DNA from: an uncultured Actinomycetota bacterium
Lineage (GTDB): Bacteria > Actinomycetota > UBA4738 > HRBIN12
NCBI GenBank assembly: GCA_963784055.1
Contig: CAWAPY010000014.1
Coordinates: 395,634-459,633, forward strand
Length of the DNA stretch: 64,000 nucleotides
Direction: 5' to 3'
The translations under genes and the position numbers were made by a program. Positions 54,729 through 62,083 of the stretch are shown here, piece after piece; position 1 is the first letter of the stretch, and each line of letters starts with the position of its first letter. The notes below the pieces were generated by a model. The model saw nothing but the letters and a program-made list of their open reading frames with translations. It was not told the DNA's origin and made no database searches.

Positions 54729-54763
54729 GCGCCGGCTGGCCACGGATCCGGGAGGATCGCATC

Positions 54764-55015
54764 GTGTTCAACGCAGTCGTGATCGTCATCGACATCATCG
54801 CGTCACTGTTCCTGATCCTGTCGATCCTGCTGCACTCCGGGAAGGGGAGCGGGATGTCGGAGCTGTTCGGCGGCTCCTCCAGCCTCTCGGGCGGCACGGC
54901 GCTGGAGCGGACCCTCGACCGGGTGACCGTCGTCACGGCGGTCGTGTGGGGGCTCTGCACGTTCTGGCTCGCGTGGAAGTGGACGCCCGGTCCGAGCGCG
55001 TTGACCCACTGGTAG
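54764..55015 (+). CDS. secG: preprotein translocase subunit SecG
   Basis: The GTG at 54764 is preceded by GGAGGA. The 83 aa read [37 protein letters not shown]...[14 protein letters not shown], the classic SecG pattern, in the expected position downstream of the gap-pgk-tpiA cluster. Confidence 0.85.
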   Translation: MFNAVVIVIDIIASLFLILSILLHSGKGSGMSELFGGSSSLSGGTALERTLDRVTVVTAVVWGLCTFWLAWKWTPGPSALTHW

Positions 55016-55032
55016 CATCCACCGCGGATCTC

Positions 55033-55122
55033 GTCGGAGTGGCGGAACTTGGTAGACGCGCTAGGTTGAGGGCCTAGTCCCCTTCACAGGGGGTGGGGGT
55101 TCAAATCCCCCCTCCGACACCA
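55033..55122 (+). tRNA. tRNA-Leu(GAG)
   Basis: The acceptor stem is GTCGGAG/CTCCGAC. The anticodon stem CTAGG/CCTAG carries loop TTGAGGG (anticodon GAG). The long variable arm is CCCCT-TCAC-AGGGG, the T-arm is GGGGG-TTCAAAT-CCCCC, and the discriminator A plus CCA are encoded. Confidence 0.9.
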
Positions 55123-56531
55123 CGAAACTGCCACCCCCCAGTCAGTCCGACCTCCTCGAGCGCGACGTTCAGCCGTGGCACGCCGCTCACCGTGACCTCC
55201 AGGTGGTCCGGGTACATGGCGACGGACTCCAGCAGCTCCTCGACGAGGACGCGGCGCTCGAGGTCGGTGGCCTCTGCCCAGAGTCGCTCGACATCCATCT
55301 CCCGGAGGATGCGGGCAACCTCTTCGAACTTGGCGGCCAAGTCCGACAACCGGCTCCGCTCGACCTGGCGCTCCTCTTGGTCGCGACGGACGGCCTGGAT
55401 CTGGCCGCTCAGTCGGGCCTCCTCCTCGGCGAAGATCTCCGCGCTCAGCTTGTCGGCGTAGTAGAGCTCGAGGAGCTTCCGCCGTCGCTCGGCCAGGTCC
55501 TCGATCCGAAGGGTCTTCCCGCGGCCTCGGCGAGGCTCGCCCGCTCCGGAACCGACGGCATTCTTCAGCTCGCGACGGATGGCCTCTTGCAGCTCCTCAT
55601 CCTCGGCGACGAGACGCAGCCCGAGGAGTGCAGCGTGGATCAGTCCTACCGCCGAGCGGGACGGCTGGGAGCAACCTGCGCCCCGGTGCCGGCATCGGTA
55701 CAGAGCGCGTCCCTCGCGCCCGTACCGGATCGTCGCCACGCGACCGCACAGGCCGCACCGCACTCGTCCGGCGAGGACGTGGCGGCTCCGCCTGTGCCAG
55801 GGAGGAGCACCTCTGTGCGCGGCCGCGAACGCCGTCGCGCTGATTAGCGGCTCGTGGTTGCCCGGGTACCACTCACCGTTGAGGAGCACCTCCCCGAGAT
55901 AGATGCGGGAGTGCGCGATCGCCCGGGCCGTGGAGTACTTCACGCCGGTGAGCTCCTCGATCCGGGTGTAGCTGAGACCCTGCGCACGAAGGTCGAAGAT
56001 CCTCCGGACGGTGGGCCCGTCGGCGTTGGGGACCAGCTCGCCGGCGACGAGGTCGTAGCCGAACTTCGGTCGGTTCGTCCACTTGCCCTGACGCGCGGCC
56101 TGGTGCATGCCGAGGCGGACGTTCTCCGCGAGCTGCTCCCGATAGAACTGCGCGAATGCCCCGAGGATGTTGTAGAACATGCGCCCCGTGGCCGAGGAGA
56201 GATCGAGCTTCTCGGTGAAGGAGTGCAGACCCACCTCATGCTTGCCGAGTGTGTCCGCCAGCAGGATCAGGTCACCCAGGTTCCTGGACAGCCGATCCAG
56301 GCGCCACACGAAGACGTTGGATACGTGTCCCTGCTCCACCATCGCGAGGAGCTGTTGGAGGCCGGGCCGCTCGAGGTTCTTGCCCGACCGGCCGGGGTCC
56401 TGGATGACGGTTACGGGTCCGAGGTCGTTGAGCTGCGCATAGGTCCGGAGCTTCTCGGCCTGTCCGTCGATGGAGAAACCCTCGGCCGCCTGCTCCTCGG
56501 TCGAGACCCGGCAGTACGCGACGTTCAACAT
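55101..56531 (-). CDS. large serine recombinase (integrase)
   Basis: Intact 476-aa ORF. The catalytic N-terminus is MLNVAYCRVSTEEQ...VFVWRLDRLSRN. It has a recombinase domain, a zinc-ribbon (RCGLCGR...YRCRHRGAGC) and a C-terminal coiled-coil. Its last 7 codons and stop lie inside the tRNA-Leu(GAG) T-arm and acceptor. Confidence 0.9.
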   Translation of the reverse strand: MLNVAYCRVSTEEQAAEGFSIDGQAEKLRTYAQLNDLGPVTVIQDPGRSGKNLERPGLQQLLAMVEQGHVSNVFVWRLDRLSRNLGDLILLADTLGKHEVGLHSFTEKLDLSSATGRMFYNILGAFAQFYREQLAENVRLGMHQAARQGKWTNRPKFGYDLVAGELVPNADGPTVRRIFDLRAQGLSYTRIEELTGVKYSTARAIAHSRIYLGEVLLNGEWYPGNHEPLISATAFAAAHRGAPPWHRRSRHVLAGRVRCGLCGRVATIRYGREGRALYRCRHRGAGCSQPSRSAVGLIHAALLGLRLVAEDEELQEAIRRELKNAVGSGAGEPRRGRGKTLRIEDLAERRRKLLELYYADKLSAEIFAEEEARLSGQIQAVRRDQEERQVERSRLSDLAAKFEEVARILREMDVERLWAEATDLERRVLVEELLESVAMYPDHLEVTVSGVPRLNVALEEVGLTGGWQFRGVGGGI

Positions 56532-56753
56532 CGGTCAGTCACCTCCGCTCAGCTCGCTGAACGATCCGGAGCGCGATCGTCACGAGGACCGACGCCACGC
56601 GATCCAGATCGCGATCTTGGGCTCGGTTCGAGTCCGTTGAGACCGACGTCCCGTCGTCGTGCCGGTCGCGCGACTCTTCCGGAGCGTTGCTTCCCTTCGC
56701 GTGCGATCCGGAGAGCCTACTGCCGGTGCCTGACTCGCCCGGGCGCCTCGGCG

Positions 56754-57701
56754 TCAAGGGGCATGTCGGGGCGGCACCGCCATGAAACGCGGCGTGGTCG
56801 AGGCGGGGGAGATGCGACGGCGGTGGCCGGCATCGATGAAGTATCGACCGAGGCACCTTGTCGGTCGGTACAGGTCGCGGGGTTGGGCCGGCAGCTCAAA
56901 GAGCGAGATGCGCCCGGCGTCGGTAGGCAGGTGTTGCCACACCGGCCCGAGCACGCCGAACTCGGTCAGGTGCTCCTCGCTCGCCACGTACACGGGCAGC
57001 GACATCGCGAGCGAGTCACGGGCATGGAAAGTCCCGATCGCGTGGCGAAGGGCCGAGCCGACCTCCCCCTCGCGCACCCCCTCCGGAACGATGATGAGGA
57101 GATTCGGAAGCCCGAGAAGGTCTTGCTCCTTCGTCCACCCCGCCGCGAGCCTGAGGTAGCCCTCGAGCTTGCGGGAGAGCGCGCCGAACGCCTCGGTGCC
57201 CCGGTCGTACTCCAGGTAGAACTCGCATGCCCCACCGGAGTGCAGGTATCGCCCGAACCCGTCGAGCTTGACCTCGGCGGCCCTGGTGCGAACCCAGTGC
57301 TCCGGCCGCCAGGTGGTCAGGCAGTGGTCCTTGTGGAACCTGGAGGCCTCGGCGAGCGCACAGAAGAACGCGTTGACCCCGAGCCGGTGGGCGAGGTTCT
57401 GACTCCCTCGGTAGCTCTCATCGGGGATCCAGGAGAGGTCCGAGGCCCGGACACCCTTGGCCTCGGCGATCGCGACGAGACCGGTCTTCGTCAGGAACCA
57501 GCACGCCGGAGGCCTCCCCTCCCCGAAACCCCTCCCCACCGTGAACGATGAGACCAACCCAAGTTCCTTCAGTTCCTTCATCCGGTGTTGGCACCGTCTG
57601 AAGGAACGGAAGTAGAGGCTCTTGATCTGGTGAGTGGAAAGGACCTTGTGTTCGAGAAGGCTGAGCAGGAGAGCATGGTCTCGCTCATCGAGCGAGACCA
57701 T
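56754..57701 (-). CDS. replication-relaxation (Replic_Relax) family protein
   Basis: The internal ATG at 57701 gives 316 aa. They begin MVSLDERDHALLLSLLEHKVLSTHQIKSLYFRSFRRCQHRMKELKELGLVSSF...ACWFLTKTGLVAIAE, the winged-helix N-terminal pattern I associate with this actinobacterial plasmid/integrative-element family. The long ORF upstream of that ATG is Arg-rich and implausible. Confidence 0.7.
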   Translation of the reverse strand: MVSLDERDHALLLSLLEHKVLSTHQIKSLYFRSFRRCQHRMKELKELGLVSSFTVGRGFGEGRPPACWFLTKTGLVAIAEAKGVRASDLSWIPDESYRGSQNLAHRLGVNAFFCALAEASRFHKDHCLTTWRPEHWVRTRAAEVKLDGFGRYLHSGGACEFYLEYDRGTEAFGALSRKLEGYLRLAAGWTKEQDLLGLPNLLIIVPEGVREGEVGSALRHAIGTFHARDSLAMSLPVYVASEEHLTEFGVLGPVWQHLPTDAGRISLFELPAQPRDLYRPTRCLGRYFIDAGHRRRISPASTTPRFMAVPPRHAP

Positions 57702-57703
57702 GC
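57673..57703. repeat. 31-bp perfect palindrome (14-bp arms, 3-nt centre) spanning the Replic_Relax start codon
   Basis: The sequence is GCATGGTCTCGCTC-atc-GAGCGAGACCATGC. The arms are exact reverse complements, and each arm contains an ATG. Confidence 0.9.
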
Positions 57704-58926
57704 GAACGTTCCTTCTGCTCGAACCATATTCTGGGCACAGCCCTCCCCCTCCTTCGGTGGGTGGCCTTCGGCCAAACAGCCCCGTGACCTGCGGCTTTGC
57801 GTCCTCGCGCCCTGCGCTCTCGCGCCGCCCATGCGCCGTTGGCGCGGGAACCACCCGTCCCTTGGACGTGCGTGAGCTCGTGCCAAGGCGCGCGGCCGCA
57901 ACCTGCAGCCTTCCGTGGCTGTTCAGTTCGTGCCGGTGCTCACCTCCTTGTGCTCGCCGCGCTGGCATGCTCCGGCAGGCGTTCGGCCGGGATCGCATCC
58001 CGCCACACCGACTGCGTTCGCGCCGCCTCAGCCTCACCCCGCCTCTGCAGGCGTTTGGTCTCCGTCGGCCGCGGTCCCTCCGTCGCGCGCTTGACCTCCT
58101 CCATCTCCGAGCTCGCCTCCCATGAGGTGCCCGGGTTGGGGGCTCCGGCGCTCCCGTCGGCTCTCGGCCTCGAAGCCCTTGCGTCCGCCTTGGCGATCGC
58201 GAGGACACGGCGTCTCCGCACCGGCCGGCGTTGGCGATTCCTGCCTCCGCAGCCCACGGCAACCTGCTGGCATAACCAAGTGCCGAGACGTGGCCATCTC
58301 TACCCGTACAAAGGCATAGAAGAGGCTCCAATCGTGTCGGCGAGGAGGGGCGAGTTGATGAGGAGCTTTCGGGGAGTCCAGGTGAGGAAGCGTCGTTCGG
58401 ACCGGAGTCGCGCCTTCGGGTAGATGTGGGCGAGACACACCGTGCGATTGATAGAACGTCCCCGCTCGAGATCGCGCGGCGGGACGATGGGAGGAGTGGT
58501 GTGGCGAAGGTGCGAGTGAGCTAGAGCTGTAGCCCGAATTTCCTTCTTGACGCAATTTGCAGAGCCGAGGGACACTCCATCTGACAGGGAAGTGGCCGTC
58601 GAGCGAAGCATGACGAGCGATTCGGGGGCTGCAATGGGGCTGTCCGCTGTGACCATCGATGCCTTCGATCTGTGTGGGTCCGCGCTACGGGTGTCTTGGT
58701 TGCCTCGACGTTCAGCGGCTCGGTCTGCAATCCCTCGAGCCTGCGAGCGGCTGTCCGATTCTCTGCACCCGACAACCACGGACGTGCGTGTTTCGGCGGG
58801 TCGAATGCCGCGTCGATTCCGTTCCAGTGGCTCTGTTAGCGGTTGGGGGACTCTGAGCGTTACGGCTGCAGCCAAGATGGCGGGCATGGGCGCATTCGCA
58901 GCCTGCGGGGGTCCACGGAGGTGACG

Positions 58927-59562
58927 ATGCAGGCTTTGGAGCCGACCGCATACGCCGCCACCATCGCCCGGATGACCGTTGGGGTCGTTCTGATCTTCGC
59001 CGCGCTGTCGAAGGCAGTGGCGATGGATTCGTTCTCGCGTGCCCTTCTAACCTTCCCTGTGACGAAGCAAGCACTTCGAGGGGTGCACTCGGCCCGAGTT
59101 GCGGCGCGGGTGCTTGTGTTGCTGGAGTGCACCCTGGGATCTCTCTTCCTGATTGGCCTATTCATTCGACCCATTCAGTTCCTGATTCTTGTTCTCATGG
59201 CGGGGTTCACGCTCGGGCTCGCCTTAGCGGTGGCGAGTGACGAGGAGACACCGTGCGGCTGTTTCGGTGAAGGGAGCTCGAAACCAGTCACATGGGTCAG
59301 TCTTGCAAGGAACTTCGGGCTTCTTGTGCTTGTCGCAATCGCAGGGCTGAAGACCGAGCTATCTGTGGACGGTCTGATCGCCGCGGCGGCTCCCGAAGTC
59401 GCTGTCGGTTTGCTCGTCACGGATGCGTTGGTAGCGGGATTGACGGTATCGCTGTTGCGTTCCTACGCGCGGCTCCGCTCCAATCCGAGTTTCGTCCAGC
59501 GTGTCCCCGCAGCGCCGGGCCCGGCGCAGAGCGATGTGTGGGAGGGGAGCCGAGAGGTATAG
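58927..59562 (+). CDS. MauE-family membrane protein
   Basis: The ATG at 58927 has GGAGG 6 nt upstream. The 211 aa have 4-5 TM segments, with ETPCGCFGEGS (the CxCFG motif) after the third helix, as in methylamine-utilisation protein MauE. Confidence 0.78.
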   Translation: MQALEPTAYAATIARMTVGVVLIFAALSKAVAMDSFSRALLTFPVTKQALRGVHSARVAARVLVLLECTLGSLFLIGLFIRPIQFLILVLMAGFTLGLALAVASDEETPCGCFGEGSSKPVTWVSLARNFGLLVLVAIAGLKTELSVDGLIAAAAPEVAVGLLVTDALVAGLTVSLLRSYARLRSNPSFVQRVPAAPGPAQSDVWEGSREV

Positions 59563-59564
59563 CG

Positions 59565-60173
59565 ATGTCGGGACTCTGGCTTGCATCGCACGTCCTGCTT
59601 TGGGTTCTTGTGGTTGTGGAGGCCATTCTTCTGATCGCACTGATGCGCCAGGTCGGGACGCTCTTGCTTCGAGTCGGAACGTCGACGGCATTCGACGCTG
59701 GCGGCGGACCCGCGATCGGAGCGGAAGCGCCCTGGGTGCCATTGGAGGCAGGTGACGTTGATGGTGGAACGGATGGCCGGGCTACGATGCTGGTCTTTGT
59801 GTCTCTCGGCTGTGGCATGTGTGACATTCTCGCGCCCGGACTAAGCACTATCGCATCGGCCTACGCGGCATCGTCTCGCGTGTACGCAATCGGTAAGGAG
59901 GGAACGGACTCGCTTGATGCTTGGGCTCGAAACAAGCGGGTACGAGTCCCAGTCCTTTCCCAACCGGACGCGTTTGACGCATACAGCGTGTCAGGAACAC
60001 CGTACGCCTTCGTCATTGATGCCGATGGCGTCGTCCGGGCTAGCGGAGGCGTGAACACCACGGATCAACTGGAGGTTCTTCTCCGCCAGTGCACGAACAC
60101 GGGGAGTCTCTCGTCCGATCGACGAGAGATCCATGCTGTGGCGCGGGGGTTGGATAGAGGAGATCTGTCGTGA
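59565..60173 (+). CDS. MauD-like membrane-anchored thioredoxin-fold protein (CxxC)
   Basis: It starts 2 nt after the previous stop. The N-terminal TM helix plus RQVG (LWLASHVLLWVLVVVEAILLIALMRQVGTLLLRV) resembles MauD. The thioredoxin-like domain carries MLVFVSLGCGMCDIL and GTPYAFVIDADGVV. Confidence 0.78.
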   Translation: MSGLWLASHVLLWVLVVVEAILLIALMRQVGTLLLRVGTSTAFDAGGGPAIGAEAPWVPLEAGDVDGGTDGRATMLVFVSLGCGMCDILAPGLSTIASAYAASSRVYAIGKEGTDSLDAWARNKRVRVPVLSQPDAFDAYSVSGTPYAFVIDADGVVRASGGVNTTDQLEVLLRQCTNTGSLSSDRREIHAVARGLDRGDLS

Positions 60174-60718
60174 GGGACAAGGCGCTCGACGAACTGCTGC
60201 CGTCATCGAACCTAGGGTCTGCCGGAGACGCCTTCGTCGCGCGGTCGCTCTCCTCCTTCGCGAACCGGACGTCGAGAAGAAGTTTCATCGCAGGAGTTGG
60301 CCGCGCCGGCCTCGCAGTCATGGGTGGCGCCTTCCTCTCGCTGTGGCGCATGGAGAGCGCGGCATCGGTTGACTGCGGCGTCGGACATCCAACAACTGCG
60401 CGGTTGAGTTGCCTCTGCACCGACCTGCTCGGGTCAAACAACTGCCCGCAGTGTTGTGGGGGATACTGGACTGTTTGTCAAACGAGCGGCCCGCATACGT
60501 GCCCGTCGCCGTGCGGCGGGGGCGAAACACGGTACTTCAGGACCCGGCTGTACGACTGCTGCAACGCATGCACCAACTGCCAAAACAATGTCGCAGGGTG
60601 CCAGGGTGGAAATGATACGTGCTGCCACGGCGGATACTGCTTCGACAACTGTGGCAATCGAAATGTGAGATGTGTGAGAAAGGTATGCACGAACTCCCTG
60701 TGCATACCCTGCTCTTGA
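60170..60718 (+). CDS. Tat-signal, cysteine-rich secreted protein; possible divergent methylamine-dehydrogenase light-chain (MauA) relative
   Basis: The GTG overlaps the MauD-like stop (GTGA). The leader is long and has a twin-arginine motif NRTSRRSFIAGVGRAGLAVMGG. All 22 Cys lie in the last 114 aa (Cys69 to Cys181). Local strings resemble MauA as I remember it: CLCTDLLGSNNCP, YWTVC, LYDCCN and GYCFD. The ORF call is solid (about 0.9); the family assignment is tentative (about 0.5). Confidence 0.7.
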   Translation: MRDKALDELLPSSNLGSAGDAFVARSLSSFANRTSRRSFIAGVGRAGLAVMGGAFLSLWRMESAASVDCGVGHPTTARLSCLCTDLLGSNNCPQCCGGYWTVCQTSGPHTCPSPCGGGETRYFRTRLYDCCNACTNCQNNVAGCQGGNDTCCHGGYCFDNCGNRNVRCVRKVCTNSLCIPCS

Positions 60719-60800
60719 GGTTCCTTGAGTGAATACTCCTATAGTCGTGCTGGCCTTCGTCGCGGGAGTCCTCGCCAGTTGGTCTCCCTGAGGGTGGTCG

Positions 60801-61412
60801 ATGGTGGGAACCATCGGCTTTGCCGGCGGCAAAGCAAGGACGCAGAGGAAGGTCTTTCGGTTTGCGCGACGCATCGCGCTTCCGTACGCGCTGGCATCTA
60901 TCGCCGGTGGGGCGATCCTTGGGCTCGCTGCAGCTCTGGTAGGCGGCTTGGCGCTGCACCAACTTGGTGGTGCGGAGGTTGAGACGTCGGTTGTCGCGTC
61001 CGTCCTGGCCGTTGCCGGCGCTGCGGATGCGTTTGGCATATCGGTCAAGCGGTTTTCTCGTCGAAGGCAGGTGCCGCTGTCTTGGAAACACGTCTTCCCA
61101 CCTCCGATGAGCGCAACGCTCTATGGATTCACGCTTGGGGTTGGGGTAGTAACGGCAATCTACTATTGGAGCTTCCTCGCGTTTCTCGTCGCCGTCGCCG
61201 TGACGGCGAATCCTGCCTTGGGGGTGACCGCCGGCATCGCCTTCAGCCTCGGCCGAGCGGCGTTGTCGCTCCTCGCGGTGGCAGCTCGTGATGAGTGGGT
61301 GATTGACAGGTGGTCAGATCGAATCGAAGGCGTGCTCTCTCGCAACAGATGGTTTCCGCGGCTCGTGAGCGCAACGGCGATGTGGGCGGCGGCGTGGGTG
61401 ATCATCGCTTAG
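60801..61412 (+). CDS. polytopic membrane protein of unknown family (5-6 TM, no Cys)
   Basis: The 203-aa ORF is co-directional, starting 82 nt after the Cys-rich gene. Its hydrophobic segments are ALASIAGGAILGLAAALVGGLAL, VVASVLAVAGAADAFGI, LYGFTLGVGVVTAIYYWSFLAFLVAVAV, GVTAGIAFSLGRAALSLLAVA and LVSATAMWAAAWVIIA. No motif is recognised, and the start is uncertain. Confidence 0.55.
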   Translation: MVGTIGFAGGKARTQRKVFRFARRIALPYALASIAGGAILGLAAALVGGLALHQLGGAEVETSVVASVLAVAGAADAFGISVKRFSRRRQVPLSWKHVFPPPMSATLYGFTLGVGVVTAIYYWSFLAFLVAVAVTANPALGVTAGIAFSLGRAALSLLAVAARDEWVIDRWSDRIEGVLSRNRWFPRLVSATAMWAAAWVIIA

Positions 61413-61488
61413 GCCCGGTGGCGGATTCTCACGCCAACGTCTGTTCGGCTCTGGGAGAGAGTAAGCATTCCGGCGCGCTGAGGCGTCT

Positions 61489-62083
61489 ATGAGGGTGTTG
61501 ACCTTGCCCAAGGATCTGTCGGATGGCGAGAGGACGTTCGAGGTCTTCTACGCCGAACACTTCGAACAGGTTGCCCGCGTGGCATTTCCCCTGGTGGACT
61601 CGAGAGAGGAGGCGTTCGACATCACCCAGGAAGCGTTTCTGCGGACCTGGGCGCAGTGGTCCCGGTTGGGCGCGAGTCGATCGAGATCCCTGGCGTTTCA
61701 CGATGCGGGTTGCCATCAACCTCGCCACCAGTCGGCTCCGACGCGTTCTCCGGTTCCGACACAGGATTCCGCGGCTGCTCACTCAGGAACAAAGCCCCTC
61801 CGCTGAGGACGTTGCGACCACTCGCATGGAAGTCATCGAGGCGCTAAGGGGGCTGTCACCACGCCAGCGGGTGGCCGTCGTCCTGTGCGAAGGTCTTGGC
61901 CTCAGCTCCGCCGAGGCAGCATCGCTGTTGAAGATCTCCGACACCACTCTGAGGGTCCACCTGGCCCGGGGGCGCGAGAGGCTGAGACGGGCATACGGAC
62001 CAGACGATGACGCTTCGCGCGACGAGCAAAGAACGGCCCACGAGGATTCGATCGGGAGGCCAAAGGATGCCAACAGGAGATGA
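61489..62083 (+). CDS. ECF-type sigma-70 family RNA polymerase sigma factor (one apparent frameshift ~61665)
   Basis: Region 2 is FEVFYAEHFEQVARVAFPLVDSREEAFDITQEAFLRTWAQWSRL, then (second frame) RDPWRFTMRVAINLATSRLRR. Region 4 is ALRGLSPRQRVAVVLCEGLGLSSAEAASLLKISDTTLRVHLARGRERLRRAY. Confidence 0.85.

Noticed and set aside
56539-56856. A 105-aa minus-strand ORF ending 8 nt upstream of the serine recombinase ATG, a possible small accessory or directionality factor.
   Set aside because: It overlaps the 3' end of the Replic_Relax gene by about 100 nt, is Pro/Arg/Ser-rich, and has no HTH or other motif.
58300-58887. A minus-strand ORF containing HSHLRHT...GRSINRTVCLAH-IY, reminiscent of the HxLRHT / LGH / Tyr box of tyrosine recombinases (about 58420-58515).
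   Set aside because: This is motif-level resemblance only. The spacing to the putative Tyr is wrong, the rest of the ORF is Arg/Ser-rich, and no N-terminal core-binding or Arg-I region is recognisable. At most it is a decayed relic.
58547-58924. A + strand ORF ending 2 nt before the mauE-like start, possibly the first gene of the cassette.
   Set aside because: It has no recognisable family, a non-ATG start and an unconvincing composition, and it is fully overlapped by an antisense ORF of similar quality. It is reported as a question in the findings, not as a feature.
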